Part shown: piece after piece, positions 10,801 to 26,590 of the stretch
Numbering within the stretch: the stretch's first letter is position 1
Layout of the letters: every line of letters starts with the position of its first letter
From: the human T2T-CHM13v2.0 reference genome, Homo sapiens
Direction: 5' to 3' (one strand)
DNA length: 64,000 nt
NCBI RefSeq assembly: GCF_009914755.1
Contig: NC_060932.1
Notes under the pieces: generated by a model
Database searches by the model: none
Told to the model about the DNA's origin: nothing
The model's input: the letters and a program-made list of their open reading frames with translations, nothing else
Program-made: the position numbers and the translations under genes

Positions 10801-13800
10801 AGTTTTCTAGTTGACTACAGGAGCAGGGCAAATTTAGTACCAGTTACCCCATCATGGCTACGTACAGAAATTCAAAAGTTAATATTTTAAGAAATATTCT
10901 TTCTCTTTTCACTAGAAAGTAAGTCTCGCAGCAACAGAGATTACTTTTACTCTTATATCTCTAGTTCCTAAAGTAAGCGTCTGGTATACAACTGGTCCTC
11001 AATAAATTCTTGTTGAATGAATGGTGACAGGAGGCATTTGGGTACACATGAAAGAAATTTCAGTGAATAATGGTTTACTCAATAGGTGCTTAAGCTCTGC
11101 ACATTGCAAGAAGTGTTGGGGAGGGCAGTTCCTGGCTCTGGCTCAACTGCAGTGCTTCCATGAAGACACAGTCTCTGTCTTGCCACTCCATCCTTACAGG
11201 TTTTTATTTGCTCTTTAGTCTTCTAGCTACATGGTTAATGGAAATGTGTCTTCTTTGGGGGTATCTTTAAAGCATGTGTGCTGTGTTATTTGTGTATATT
11301 TAATTTTTTGATAGAGGACAAGAAAGGAAAATGGATGATGTAACTCATAAGTTGTATTAAGTATATACAACTTATGGCTTGTGAGTCATAGGAAGATCAT
11401 AAGACGTATAGATTATAAATTAGTAACCCATAAGACACATCAGATATAGGATAAAGGGGATATTTATGTGTTGAGACAGAACAAAGAAGACTAATATCTA
11501 CAGATAGCAATAGAAAGGCCACATAAACCTTAAATATGCACAAGGTTCAGATGATGTCACCTGTGGTTTGAAAGCTATGCCCTTCTACATCAGCCTCCCC
11601 AGGGTGACACCCATATGGCCTCACATGTTTTCTGCCAAAGGCATGCATATGTGAGGCTTGCCTGCTCTTCAGGTGGTTGGGGAGTGATATTGTGATGAGG
11701 GGGGCCACGGCGTCACTGCAGCAGAGCAGCATGTGTTGGCTTCAGGCACTGTCTGCCTGTGGACACCCGTGGCTCACCATCAGCTCTGGTGCTTGACACA
11801 CTGGTTCAGCAAGAAGCCTGCTGTGGTGGAGAGGGGGCTGGGTGAGCAAGTGTCATAACATAGGACTCAGTGAGTCTTTCTCCCTCCTCCCTTCTCTTTC
11901 TCCTTGCTTCTCACTGTAGGCTTTAGACGGACTCAAGTCTCTGAGGTTCAACACCTTAGTTTGATGTGTGACTCCTTCTGCTCCATGACCTCAGGGACAA
12001 CCTTTCTGGCAGTGCAGTCAGGGGCTACTGTGGCATGCCGAGGTTTTCCCAGCTGGTATCACTACCTCCATATTGCAGGTAGGAATACAGAGTGGGGGCA
12101 TTGCCGGGGACCCGGGCTTCATTGTCTTTTAATAAGCAATTCTAAACTTTTCAAAAAGCTTCCTAACAGACTTCCCCTGATAGTTCACCAGCTAGAATTA
12201 TGTCACTGGGACACTTCTAGCCTGCAAGGGAGGCTGAGGCAGAGAATTTTTAGTTTCTGAAGGCTCTGCCACAGAGATGAGCAGGGAGAAAAGGTTGGCG
12301 ATAAATATGGGAACATGTAGCTAGCGGTCTCTGCCCCAGATATGATATTGAATATGAGCCTCAGAATTCTTGTCAATAAAATGTGTTCCTATGTCACTGG
12401 ATTTTTGTGAGGATAAAATAAATGCTCTATGTGAGATGCCTTGCATAGAGTCTGACCCATCGAAAGGGTTCAGGCATTAGTTTTATTTACTCCATTCTGT
12501 CTTATTTTATTCTGTCTTTTCTGCAGAGTAAACTAGGTGTCCTATCATTTTTCACTAAGTTAAACTCCTCAGAATGACAAATTAAGGGCTTCTGCAATGT
12601 GGCTCCAATCCATCCTTCTCTGTCTTATCTCTGTCTTACTCTGACTCACACTCCAGTGTCTGAACAGGCCCCATGCTGTGCCATCTGTGGGGCTCTGCCG
12701 GTTCCTGGAGGTACTCATCCATCACACCCTCCTCCAGAACCAGCCCCAGGCCAGGCCCAGGGCCCTCAGTACATCCCCAGTTTTCCTGTAGTCAGGATGA
12801 CTTTCTCTATGATCCCATGGATCCCATTGTTGCTTTATTGAAGCACAGTCTGAAATTTTTCCAGCTAGCCTTATAGCTGTCAAACTTTCAAAATTTAATT
12901 TCCTTGAGCAGCACAGTCTCTCAGCACAGAGCCCAGAAACACAATAGGAGCTCAGGGTATTTTTAATCCTGCCCGTGGTTCAATTGGGGAGGGGCTTCCA
13001 AAATGTACACACGACCCATCAAAACATTTAACATCTCTGTGCCCTAAAGTCGTTCTAAATGTATACTTTTGGATGGTTAAAAGCGTTTTCTCTAGAAGTC
13101 TCATTTTAGGCTGATAGGTGGAGCTCTGACCAAGATGCCCTTTAGGCCCCATAGGTTCCCCTCTGATGTGTGACAATTCAATTGATTCCAACAGGGCAGG
13201 GATCCCCCAGGCAGTGGAGGGCAGCAGAGACATCAGTTCTAGGAATGAATTCATTAAAAGCCCCTCACTTTGGTTGGAAGGTACACTTACTTGGCTCTTT
13301 GAGTTAGCACACGCTTTCATCCACAAGATTGACTACACACCTGTATCTGGCAGGAAATCTACTAAGTCAGTACTTACTGGGAAATTTTGATGTGCACTGC
13401 ATCTGTGATTAAATGAAAACAGCAAGGAAACATTGTATGGACTCACAGTGGATTTGTTATAAAAAAAGAAGCCCCTCAATAACTCTTCTTTAAATTAAAA
13501 GTCTAAACATAGGTAATATGACTGTACATACTATATCTTTTAGAAATCAAATGTTAACAATAATCTACAAGTTTTGTGGCCTTCATTAAAGAAAAAAAAT
13601 TAAAACATGCTATTTTACCATCTTAGATTTTTTTTTTTAAATAGTAAGAAAGATATTGCTCCATGATGTTATTAAACTCATCAAAAGAGGCATAGCTATT
13701 TTTTGAAAATCTTAATCTAAGAATTCATTAGTTGTAAAAATATATAACTTGACAAGAAATGTTTTCAAAAGGAGAGCTCCTCTGTATTTAATTGAAAGGT

Positions 13801-14344
13801 TTGGTAAACACTTCCTATATTTCATTACTATTTTGAAAGAACTAATATGCTTTAAACAGCAAAATAAGCATTTCAAAATAGTTAAAACACATCAGTTCTC
13901 AAAAAACCTATACTGAAAAGGATTTTACTTTGATAAGAGACATCAGAGGTAATTTTTTTCTGGTTGCCATCTCATAATATAGCATTTCTAGACTTCGAAG
14001 ATATTTAGACTATGAGACATTGGATATTGATCATATCTCTTTTATTTTCTTCACAGATTTCAGAGAAAATTGTAGGAGTTTAATATAATAGAGTTTTTCT
14101 TATTTCCACTTGATCTGATAGTAAAGGACATATTTATGAATAATAATGATTATTTGTAACATTATAAGCTCATGTAAACAATAATGGGAAAAAAAAGAAA
14201 GAGTGACCAGAAATAACTGCTTAATTTTTATTTGGATCTATAGAGAATTTATTTTAAGAAGGTACTTTGAACATTGACAATCAAATTTTAGGAACTAATA
14301 ATTTCTAATTTACTTATTTATACAGGGATTCAGTTCGATGAATA

Positions 14345-14695
<351 letters not shown>

Positions 14696-14881
14696 TGATA
14701 TAACAAGGGAAAGCAATCATCATGGTCCTATAGTAATGTCTTGAGTATACCCCAGGTCCACCCCAGTTCTGGGGAATCAGGATTCAGTCCAATTTCACTG
14801 ATAGGAGAATGAATATTTAGAGAGGTGAGGACTTTCTCCTAATACATTGCACTATAATCAGAAAACAAAGGGTAGAAAAAA

Positions 14882-14941
14882 GGAAGGAAGGAAGGAAGGA
14901 AGGAAGGAAGGAAGGAAGGAGGGAAGGAAGGAAGGAAGGAA
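14882..14941 (+). repeat. (GGAA)n microsatellite: 9 units, GGAG, then 5 units
   Basis: Counted directly from the sequence. Confidence 0.97.
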
Positions 14942-16577
14942 GGGCAGGCGGGCAGGCCAAGATTTCTTCCACTCCCAAAGATAAAGAAATTTTTCTTTTT
15001 CACAGTATTTCTAAGGTGCCAATTTAAAATATTGTTTTTAGATCACCTGTAAGTTAGAGGTAGCTGAGATTGTGTTAGATCTGTTTATAGATCAAATGCA
15101 GAATATCTTTTCTATTCCTATTATTTTTTGACATTACCCTGCACTTAACAGAGTAGGGGAAGCATTGAAAAGAATAGTCATTCTCTTTAAAAAGATGTCA
15201 GGCATCCTTCCCATCCTTTCCTCCCTGCCTCCTCTTCCTTCTCATCCTCTTTTTTTTTCTTCTCTCCCTCTCTGTCCCTTTCTCCCAGTGAAGGCTACTG
15301 CAGTGGCATGTGAAAATCAAATATTTCAAACAAGTTTGAGAAATAAGGGCAGACTGGTGACAAAAAGGATATCAAAACACCTAGGAAAGAGTTAGAAAAA
15401 TAGAACTGCTGATAAAGTCCTCTATCACCCTGCAACCTTAGAAAGCCTGTTTGATCTCTGATTTCATAAAACAAATTGCTACATTTTGCTTTTCAAACTC
15501 ATCTTACATCAGAAGGTAAAAAACAAGTCATACTTCAGATTGCATTGTATGTATTTCAGCTTAAGAAATTGAAATTAGTTTCATTAAATGAATGGCTTGT
15601 ATAATGAAAAGTATTAATAGTCCTACTGAGAACACTCGTTTGATCTGGAAATTCTTGCTCTTCTGTTTATCTCTATCCAGCAAGACAAAGACATACTGGA
15701 TTAATGACTAGAATCTGAATAATTATTAACTGAGCTTGCCAGTATCCCCGTTCACCTTCACACAGAATTCGAGGTGACCTCATTTTGAAATGCAGGGATG
15801 AACTCTTTGATCATGCATCTCTCCCTCTGTGACTCATGCTTTCAGTGCATTCATAAGATGATTTATAAGTGGGGGAATGTAAGTATGCAAGGAATTAAGC
15901 CCTTTGTATTTTGCATTTCTTTGTCTTTGAAATAGTCTCCTTCAGAATTGTCAATGTAGAGCACTCCTGTCTTCTAGACAAACAGATGAAGTCCAGATTG
16001 CCACAGAGAGTTGAAAACAGCTCTGCTCCTCCAAGATTTAAAAAGGCAGAAAGTGGCTGGGCACTGAGCAAGGCCAGGACTTTCTCACTGGCCTAGAGGC
16101 TTGGGATAGGTAGGTTCTCGTGATGTATTCTCCACTTTCAGATGTAGGTTTGGGGGAAATGGCCTGAGCCTGGGTTTCTTTCTTGAGGCCTGCTCCCTCT
16201 GGCCTCATCTGTGGGCTGAGAGGCCCCCAGAGTTTGTTCAAGAACCAGCAGGGAGGCCTTCGGGGTGCAGCATTCTGGGACTAAGAAGCAGGAGGAAGCC
16301 CGGGCAAGGCAGGATGCCAGTCCTGGAGAATGACGACTCCTGGCCACCTCACTCCCAGGATTCCTTAAAGGTTTTGCCAACTGGGCGCGCTCTTCCTGCT
16401 GTCCCGGAGAGAATGACTAGCAATTTAAAGACCAATTAGACCCCAAGAATCTTTGGTCCTTGGCCTATTACTAGGTCATAGAAGAAAATAGCAGTGATGA
16501 GATAGAAATATCAGTAGCATTAGAAATGCCAGGCCAGATGTACTGAAGAAACTGCTTGATGGTGGCTGAAATCCATG

Positions 16578-16645
16578 CCCAGCATCTACTGGTACCTCTC
16601 TCTGTTTTAAACCCAGCATCTACTGGTACCCCTCTCTGTTTTAAA
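16578..16645. repeat. 34-bp tandem duplication
   Basis: CCCAGCATCTACTGGTACCYCTCTCTGTTTTAAA twice, with 1 mismatch. Confidence 0.95.
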
Positions 16646-18064
16646 CTGGAGGAAATTTGATGCCAAAATCACATTCACCTGATCTCCTTGATCTCCAATA
16701 AATACATTTCAGTTGATATAAACATTAGATGTGCATATGTTTCTTACTTTTTTTTTCTGAAGAGTAGTGTCTAAATCAATATAGTTTAGAAATTAAGGCC
16801 TTATGGTATATCCCCACCAAAGAACTACAAGGGAACAAGGCAAAGGTAGATAAAAATGCGACTGTGATGATGGCCTTCTGGTGGTGCACGTGAGCTTGCT
16901 TCCTGAGCAAGCATCCATGCTGGTTTCTGTCTGGGAGAACATGAGCTGGAAGGGACATTTGATCTTTCGTATAGAAGTCTGTTCCAGAGACAACAGGAAC
17001 GCAAGCTAGTCATTGATCATGAAACCCACACATGCAAATTCTGAAGTTTGGGGAAGGTCTCAGAAAGAGGTGTCCAGGCCTGGGTATGGCAGTGCATTTG
17101 GCTGAGCTGGGTGTAACCAGGGGAGGGGGATGGCCCAGGCTGTGGTTCGCAGTCCTTTTGAGAGACAGAGCCACACAGTGAGCTCTGCACCCAGAGACGG
17201 TAACTGCAGAGAGGACAGATGTCCTTGGTGTGGACATTCCATCTTCCTGTGGTTCCTTGGGTTTTGTTTGGTTCTATCTCCAAAACTATCTAACTTTTAA
17301 TGTATTGCTGAAATCAATTATCTAGTCATTCATAGAAGGCTATCTTTCACATCTATGTTCAAGATGGGCTGGCATTTTTGGTTTTGAGCTTTTTTTTACT
17401 AAATTTTGAAATCATGATTGCAAAGCTTTGTGAGATCACACAGGACACTTTTCAACTAATTCTAAAATTTGATAATCTATAAAATAGGAGTGTGTTATAT
17501 AGGAATAGGCATTTTCCAGAGAGTTTGAAAGTACTTGAGTAAATTTATCCAGATCCAAAAAAGCAAAACACAGCAAACAAGGAAAGTTGACAACTGGTCT
17601 TTCTTTTTGTATATTTTGCATATCTGGATTTATTTCTTTTGAAATATCATGATTTAAACTACAGATAACTAAGACCAGATGGCTGCTGTAATTTGTGACT
17701 TGACTTAAACTTCAAAGTAGGTAACATTAAAAACCCTGATTGTCAAAGTCTTTCAGCAAGTTTTGCCCCATATTAGGAAAAAGTAAAAAGATGTTAAATG
17801 TAATACAAAGATGCCCCAAGAAATCAGAAAAATAAAACTTAGAAATTTCAGGACTCTGATTAAAATGCATGTAAAAGTATTTTCTGATTATGTAAGTAAC
17901 ATATAGTCATCGTATTAAAAATATAAAAACTATACAGAAAAAAGGTCAAAAAAGACATGCAGACTAACCATAATTTTATCTCTCCAGTGAAAATGATTAC
18001 TTATATTTTAAAGTATGTCTCTCCTTTTTATAAACATACAATAAATTGCTAATGCTGATATAGT

Positions 18065-18200
18065 GTAAAAAAGGATAAATATGTGAGGTAATGCATGTTA
18101 ATTAGCTCAATTTAGCTATTCCACACGTATATATACATAATTTTTAACATCAAGTTGTACACAATAAATATAATTTTTATTTGTTAATTTAAAAATTCAT
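18065..18200 (+). mobile_element. L1MA-type 3' end fragment
   Basis: GGATAAATATGTGAGGTAATGCATGTTAATTAGCTC...GTTGTACACAATAAATATAATTTTTATTTGT. Confidence 0.65.
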
Positions 18201-18338
18201 TAATTTGAAAATATTCCCTTGGATAATACAAGAACTATAACAAAGAAAAACAAAAATCATTTAAAATTTTCTATACCAGAGATAATTCCTTTTATTTTAG
18301 ATATTATTTGTAGACTTTCTGTATTTTTGTCTGCATAG

Positions 18339-18560
18339 GGCAGGGATTGACATACTTTTTCTATAAAGGGCCAGATACTAAATATTTCAGGCTTTCAGGC
18401 AGATTTTCTGTGTCAACTGGAAAATCATGAGATCCATAAATTTAGAAAGGAAACTTTATTTCTTATAAAGGGTTACAGCCTGCAGGGCGGCTATCCCACA
18501 GGCTGAGAAGCTTGCTCTAAGGCAGAGCCTGAAAGACAGGAACATCTAGGGAAGGAATTG
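18339..18560. mobile_element. MER58-like fragment (about 18339-18408) abutting an ERV1 LTR fragment (about 18411-18560)
   Basis: CAGGGATTGACATACTTTTTCTATAAAGGGCCAGATACTAAATATTT, then TGTCAACTG...ACTTTATTTCTTATAAAGGGTTACAGCCTGCAGG. Confidence 0.55.
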
Positions 18561-19064
18561 TCCCATAGAAAGCTTACATTCTACCCAAGTCTATGAGAAT
18601 GACTACTTCCCCACATGTTCAGCACCTCCTTAATCCATCATCATTTATTTTTTTGTTTAGTTTGTGTTCTCCACCAATGATATTAATTTTTTCATGCTCA
18701 TAGGCTATTTAATTTCTTCCTTGGTGAATTTTCTCTTTTTTTTTCTTTTATAATTGTTCTTATTGGTAGTGTTCATTTTTTCCTATTGATTGATGGGAGA
18801 TTTAATACATATTAAGACTAAAATTTCCTTGACATGTGTGTTGTAAATGCTCCTTTTGTTTGTTGTTTCCTTTACATATAATTGACGGGCTTTTATTTTA
18901 ATTTTAAAAACTGATTTTAAAGTAATCCAGTAAATAATATTTTATAATTTTGCATTTTTCCTTATTCAACAAAAGAACTTTCTTAACTGTACCTTCAAGG
19001 CTATGATTTTTTTTTTTTTAAAATTTTTACTCCATCTGAAATTTAAAATTAAATTAGGATTTAA

Positions 19065-21794
<2,730 letters not shown>

Positions 21795-22379
21795 AAAATT
21801 TTACTCCACCTGAAATTTAAAATTAAATTAGCAATTAATTATATGTATTTAGTTTTCAAATAGCTATTTGTTTAAGAACTATTTTGTGTGAAACATCATC
21901 TTAATTACACACTCAATTTTTCTAAATACTAGAGTGTATTTTGGTGTATTTTATCATGTTGCATTAATCTTGGTGCCAACTATTTTACCAGCATGATGGA
22001 ATTTCAATTAAAATAATGTTATGATGGTTTTTAATATATAGGAGTATAAATCCTCCTTTTCATTTTTTGACATTTTCTTAATTTGTGTTACAAATTAAAT
22101 TTAGGATAGTTTTAAAATTTCTTGTCCTGCTGTATTTCTATTAGATGTGCAATAATCTTATAAATTGATTTAGGGAGAATACTATCTTTATGATAAAGTT
22201 TGTTTCCACTCAGCAGTATGATCTGTTTATTTGTTCAAGTCTTCTTTTGCCTCTTTGTAATTTGTTTTCTTTATTTGGGTTCTGTATATTTATTTCTAAA
22301 TATGCTTTAATTCCTTGGGGCTATTATGAATTGGTCATTTTTTTTTCCATTATACATTTCTAATTTGAATCTCCATATA

Positions 22380-23080
22380 CCTACTCACCCATGCCTGGGG
22401 CCCAAGAATAATTCTAAACTCTTTCCTATCTACCCAGCCCTCATGTTCTGCAGACTCTGCTCCCTCCTCTCCTCTCCACCCCACTGCCACTGACTTCATT
22501 CAAGCTCTGAACGCCTGCTGACTAGACGATTCCACATTCTTTCACACTGGTCTCCCTAGATCCAAAGTAATTTCACTCTACCTTACACTTCAAAAATGAG
22601 AGATTTTTCTAAAATTCAAATGTTATCATATGTCTCTTCAAACTCTTCACCGTTTCGCCATTGACTGTTACCAGATTTTTAGGCATAGATGATCTGACAG
22701 TCAGGTCCTTGTCTCCATCATCTCCCACCCCAGTCTCACTTACCACTAAGTTCCAGTCTCCAGACTGCTCAGTTTCATTTACACACCAGCAATGAGGCCT
22801 TCAGACTTCACATGCACCCTTTCCTCAGCCAGCATGTCATCCCCCTTGCTGCTGTCCACCTGGAAAATACCCGCCTTCTCATCTTTTAAGTCTCAAATGA
22901 ACAGTGCCTCCTCAGCAAAGATATTCCTATGTTTCTCTTCCTACTCACAGAGTAACCCACCCCTCCTACCTTTTGGCTTCCATATCACTGTGGATATTTC
23001 TGTCACAGCACCTGTTACATGACAGTACACTGTTCCCTGCATATCTGCTTTCCCTTACCAGAGTGAACATCATACTCTTC
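22380..23080 (+). mobile_element. L2 remnant
   Basis: CCCCACTGCCACTGACTTCATTCAAGCTCT...TCTTTTAAGTCTCAAATGAACAGTGCCTCCTCAG pattern. Boundaries approximate. Confidence 0.55.
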
Positions 23081-23624
23081 ACATAATTGATGGTGGCTGC
23101 AATAGGTAACTTCCAAATTTTAATGGTTTAACACAGTGAAGGTCTATGGTTCTCCACAACAGCTTGAGTCCAAGTGGTGAGTTAAAAACTCAGCTTCCCT
23201 CTGCTTCATGATGCTGCCATTTTAGATATATGGGCTGCCTGACTTCCACAGAGAGGAAAGAGAGGCTATAAGGGCCTCACAGCTGCACCTATGGCCAAGC
23301 CTCGACATCCTTCTGTCCAGATTTCATTGACCAAATCTCTCAACAGGTGCTAGCCAGACATCCCAGAAAGCTGGAAAGGGGGTTTTCCTTTCTGCCTAGG
23401 AAAATGAAATGGAAGTAGTAAGCAGCAAGCCAGTGTCTGCCACAACTATCCAGGAGAAAGAACTCTATCCTCTGTTAGTTTTAGTATTGCCAGCATCTGC
23501 TGTAGTACTTGACACTCAGATAGTGGGACTGGCTGAGGTTCTGTGGACAGGAAATGAAAACACATATCCAAAATAGGTACCTAATCCTGTCAAAAACGAA
23601 TTGTTGCCCATTCAAGAATGGGTG

Positions 23625-24929
23625 TAGAGCTGGCTCTTTCACCACCATTTGTTGCAGTTTGGGTTTTCAGGCTTGTTCTGGGATACAGAGTTGTTTTCAG
23701 GCTACCTTGTTGCCATTTGAGAGTCCAGCAACACTTTCTTCCAGGACCCAAATATCCTGGAGGAACTTAGAGCTTTGACCAGACCATCAATGGAGCCATC
23801 ATAAAAGCTTAACTCAACCTTGATCCCAGAGGTTTCTCCGATGCCCACTGAAGAAAATTCCCAGGGAATCCAGAGGCCTCTCATCCCATCTGCTCAGAAA
23901 CGTTAATAAAGAATCTTAGTAAATTGGTTCTCAACTCTAGTACCAAATTATTTTCCCAGTTACTGGAAGGTCTACCCCAGCAACAGGACCAAAGAGAAAA
24001 GATCTTCAGGAGATCAGAGGTGGCTTGCCTTACAGGAGGGGAGGAGTAAGAACATTTTATTTGTGAGGAACGAAAGGATGGCAAAACTCAGATACCTTTT
24101 ACTCAACAGATTTGTTTGTCTTGAAAGAGAACTAAGAGACACGGCTCAAAGGAGTTCAGAATGAATCAAGAAATGAACCATTCAAATGTGGCTGTAGTTA
24201 TTGCGTTTATTGTAGACAGGATCCTTCTGGGAATGCTAGAATGGGGAATTATTACACAGAGCTGATTCAGCTATAAACCTTATTCTTGTACTTTTCTTTC
24301 TTACTGGTGATTTTATGCAGCAGATTGAGAAAGCTACTCCATGCTAGAATAAACTGTATACCAATAATTTTGATAACCCGTGATGAGTTCTGCTTTTGTT
24401 TTTCTTTCTTCTTCTTTCCTTCTTTGTAAGTAAGGAAGCGTCTTACTTTGATACCAGTAATTTTTAAGGAATCTGTGTAGTTTGAATGTATTTGAATAAC
24501 TCAAATATACTTTAGTTGTACTTTTTTATTTGACCCAAAGAAGCACCAATAGATCTTAAGTATTTCCATGTGTTTTAGAAACCTGAAGTCAGTGAGATGA
24601 AATATACAGAACATAAAGGGTATTGAGACAGTAGTAATTGTAGAGGACATGGCTGGTGGGGACACAGGGAAGCTCATGCAAGGAATGCTGAACTCTTTAT
24701 ACCCAATATAAAGAGTGTGAGGCAAGGTAACTTGTAGGGGAAAGATTATAAAGGAAACATTGGGTATTTTGGCTAAAGCATAATAATTTGATAACTAAGT
24801 TTTATGGTTTTCAAAAATTTGAATTGCAATAAAAGAAAATTTTGATGTGCTATTTTAATTTTCAGCAGCAAATACATGCATGTATGAAGAAACTTACTAA
24901 AAATGACATATTTGAATACCTTTAAGAAG
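23625..24929 (+). pseudogene. DPPA3: Processed pseudogene of DPPA3 (STELLA/PGC7); CDS-like part 23790-24276
   Basis: Frameshift-corrected translation MEPS*KLNSTLIPEVSPMPTEENSQG/NPEASHPICSETLIKNLSKL.../YRRGGVRT/..ERMAKLRYLLL.../KGVQNESRNEPFKCGCSYCVYCRQDPSGNARMGNYYTELIQL* aligns to recalled DPPA3 (TEENS, SETLIKNLS, RRGVRT, MARLRY, PFKCPCSFC, DPSENARIGN). Intronless, with UTR-like flanks, a decayed A tail, and TSD AAGAATGGGTG (23614-23624) / AAGAGTGAGTG (24930-24940). Confidence 0.92.
24626..24695 (+). repeat. 70-bp direct copy of 26358-26427
   Basis: 63/70 identical, ungapped. Confidence 0.95.
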
Positions 24930-26544
24930 AAGAGTGAGTGGGGTTCACTGTAGTCTATTTGCTACCAAATAGTTTTTCATCTCTTTGTGGGACGGCACCA
25001 CACTGGGGTCTTGTGCACTCTGTCCTTATGACGGAGTACAAGTGGCTCACCTGTCTTTCCGACTTGTGTCAGATCAAGCTTATGATGGACATTTCTGGCT
25101 GTATGGTCACTTGATAATCCATGATCAGAAGCTCTGTCTCCACCAGAGCCCAGTGACATGCCTGTAGTTGTGTTTTGAAAGTTGAATTGCAGATGCAAAT
25201 GGCAATGGCATGGCCTTGTTACCAAGGCCAAGGAGGTCTATGTTGTTATTTTCCTTTTGGGGTCTGCCATAAACACCACAACCATCTTTTCCTATCATAT
25301 ATACCTCTAGCATCTCGGTTTTCCAGGTCCTATAGCCCAAGCAGCAGGGCCTCTTGCATAGTCTAGGTGTATTACAGAGACCTCTCCTACAGTGAGTCCC
25401 ATGTAAAGCTGGCAGCCTTTCGTAGCACTTGATGCATGGTCCAGAGAAATAGTCCTAGGTATGGCATGTATGCAACGGAGCCTATTAGGAGTTGTGTTTC
25501 CTTCTTTGAAGCTGGAAGTGTGAGACATAATATTTCTTTTTACTTGGAAAGACGTGTTCTGGTAAACATGAACCACTAAATCTCCAAAATATTATAATGC
25601 AGCCAGCCCTAAGTCATTGTAGGCTTTATCTCCTACATGTATCTGACTAAGGCCTCCATAAACCTTGCTGCTTCCTACTCCCCTAGTCCAATAAGCAGAA
25701 AGTCAAAGATATAATGGATAAGTATGATCATCTTTAGGGTGTCCAGATGGCCCAAAACTGATTGGCCTATAGAATAGAGACTGAGAGATTGAAATGGAAC
25801 CCTAGGCCATGTACATGATCTTCTTATACTAAAGGGAAATTTTAAGCACAAAATTCAGGATGACGTTGATTCTCAGATGGGGACAGGAAAAGTTATGGCT
25901 GGAGAATACACAGCTTCAGGTGCACTGTGTTTTTCTGTTCCTCTAGGCTAGTTCTGAGAATATGACTGCTTATTACATTATTCTTAAACCTTGTAGTATG
26001 TGTGAAATGTTTTATGAAAAAATTTTGAAGTATTAAAAATGATTTTAATTTTAAAAAGAAAGTGACAGGTAAGAGAAAAAGGGGTAGCCAGAGAGATGTC
26101 CAGGTTGAGGGAAGGAACTCTTTATGATGAGAGAAATGACCACATTATAGGATAAATGGAGAGGACACAGAAAATAAAACATGCTGGAAGGGACTTCATC
26201 AAGGTTAGGAACAGTAGATAAGTCAAATCTGAATCAAGAAAAAGATAAGGACAGATGCAAATATAGGTGATTTTGTCCATGTGAAGGACAGGAGATTGAG
26301 AAATGGGGGTTCTTGTTTCTCTGTGAGTAAGGACAAGGTCATCTTCTGAAAGTAGTTAGACAGTAGCAATTGCAGAGGACGTGGCTGGTGGGGACACAGG
26401 GAAGCTCGTGCAAGGAATGTGGAGCTCAACCAGGAGCCCCGCTGAGTTCCTGCAGTCATGGCCATCGTGTGCTCCTCCAGCGGCATTCAGAAGCCCAGGG
26501 TGGTAATAGTGGAGAAAATCAATGATTAGGTAAATCCAAGATTG

Positions 26545-26590
26545 GGGAGTTTCAGGGAAGATGTGGTGGGAGTTTCAGGGAAGATGTGGT
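26545..26590. repeat. 23-bp perfect tandem duplication
   Basis: GGGAGTTTCAGGGAAGATGTGGT twice. Confidence 0.95.

Larger units (their letters stand above)
23545..25620 (-). mobile_element. ERV-L (class III) pol remnant covering RT thumb, RNase H and integrase; interrupted at 23625-24929 by the DPPA3 retrocopy
   Basis: Minus-strand translation gives frameshifted ERV-L-like peptides: V.RKAASF.W, QACHWALVETE...YQVT.QPE, and integrase W*QIDY...GQQFV..TGLGTYFGYVF (recalled ERV-L WQVDYIGPLP...GQRFVLTGIDTYSGY). The integrase motif is split exactly at the retrocopy. Confidence 0.8.

Noticed and set aside
11346-11376. 12-bp-stem hairpin CATAAGTTGTAT/ATACAACTTATG
   Set aside because: Short AT-rich stem with no other support.
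23554-24084. Track ORFs at 23554-23778 (+), 23702-23884 (-) and 23881-24084 (-)
   Set aside because: Wrong frame or strand relative to the DPPA3 homology; chance ORFs over the pseudogene.
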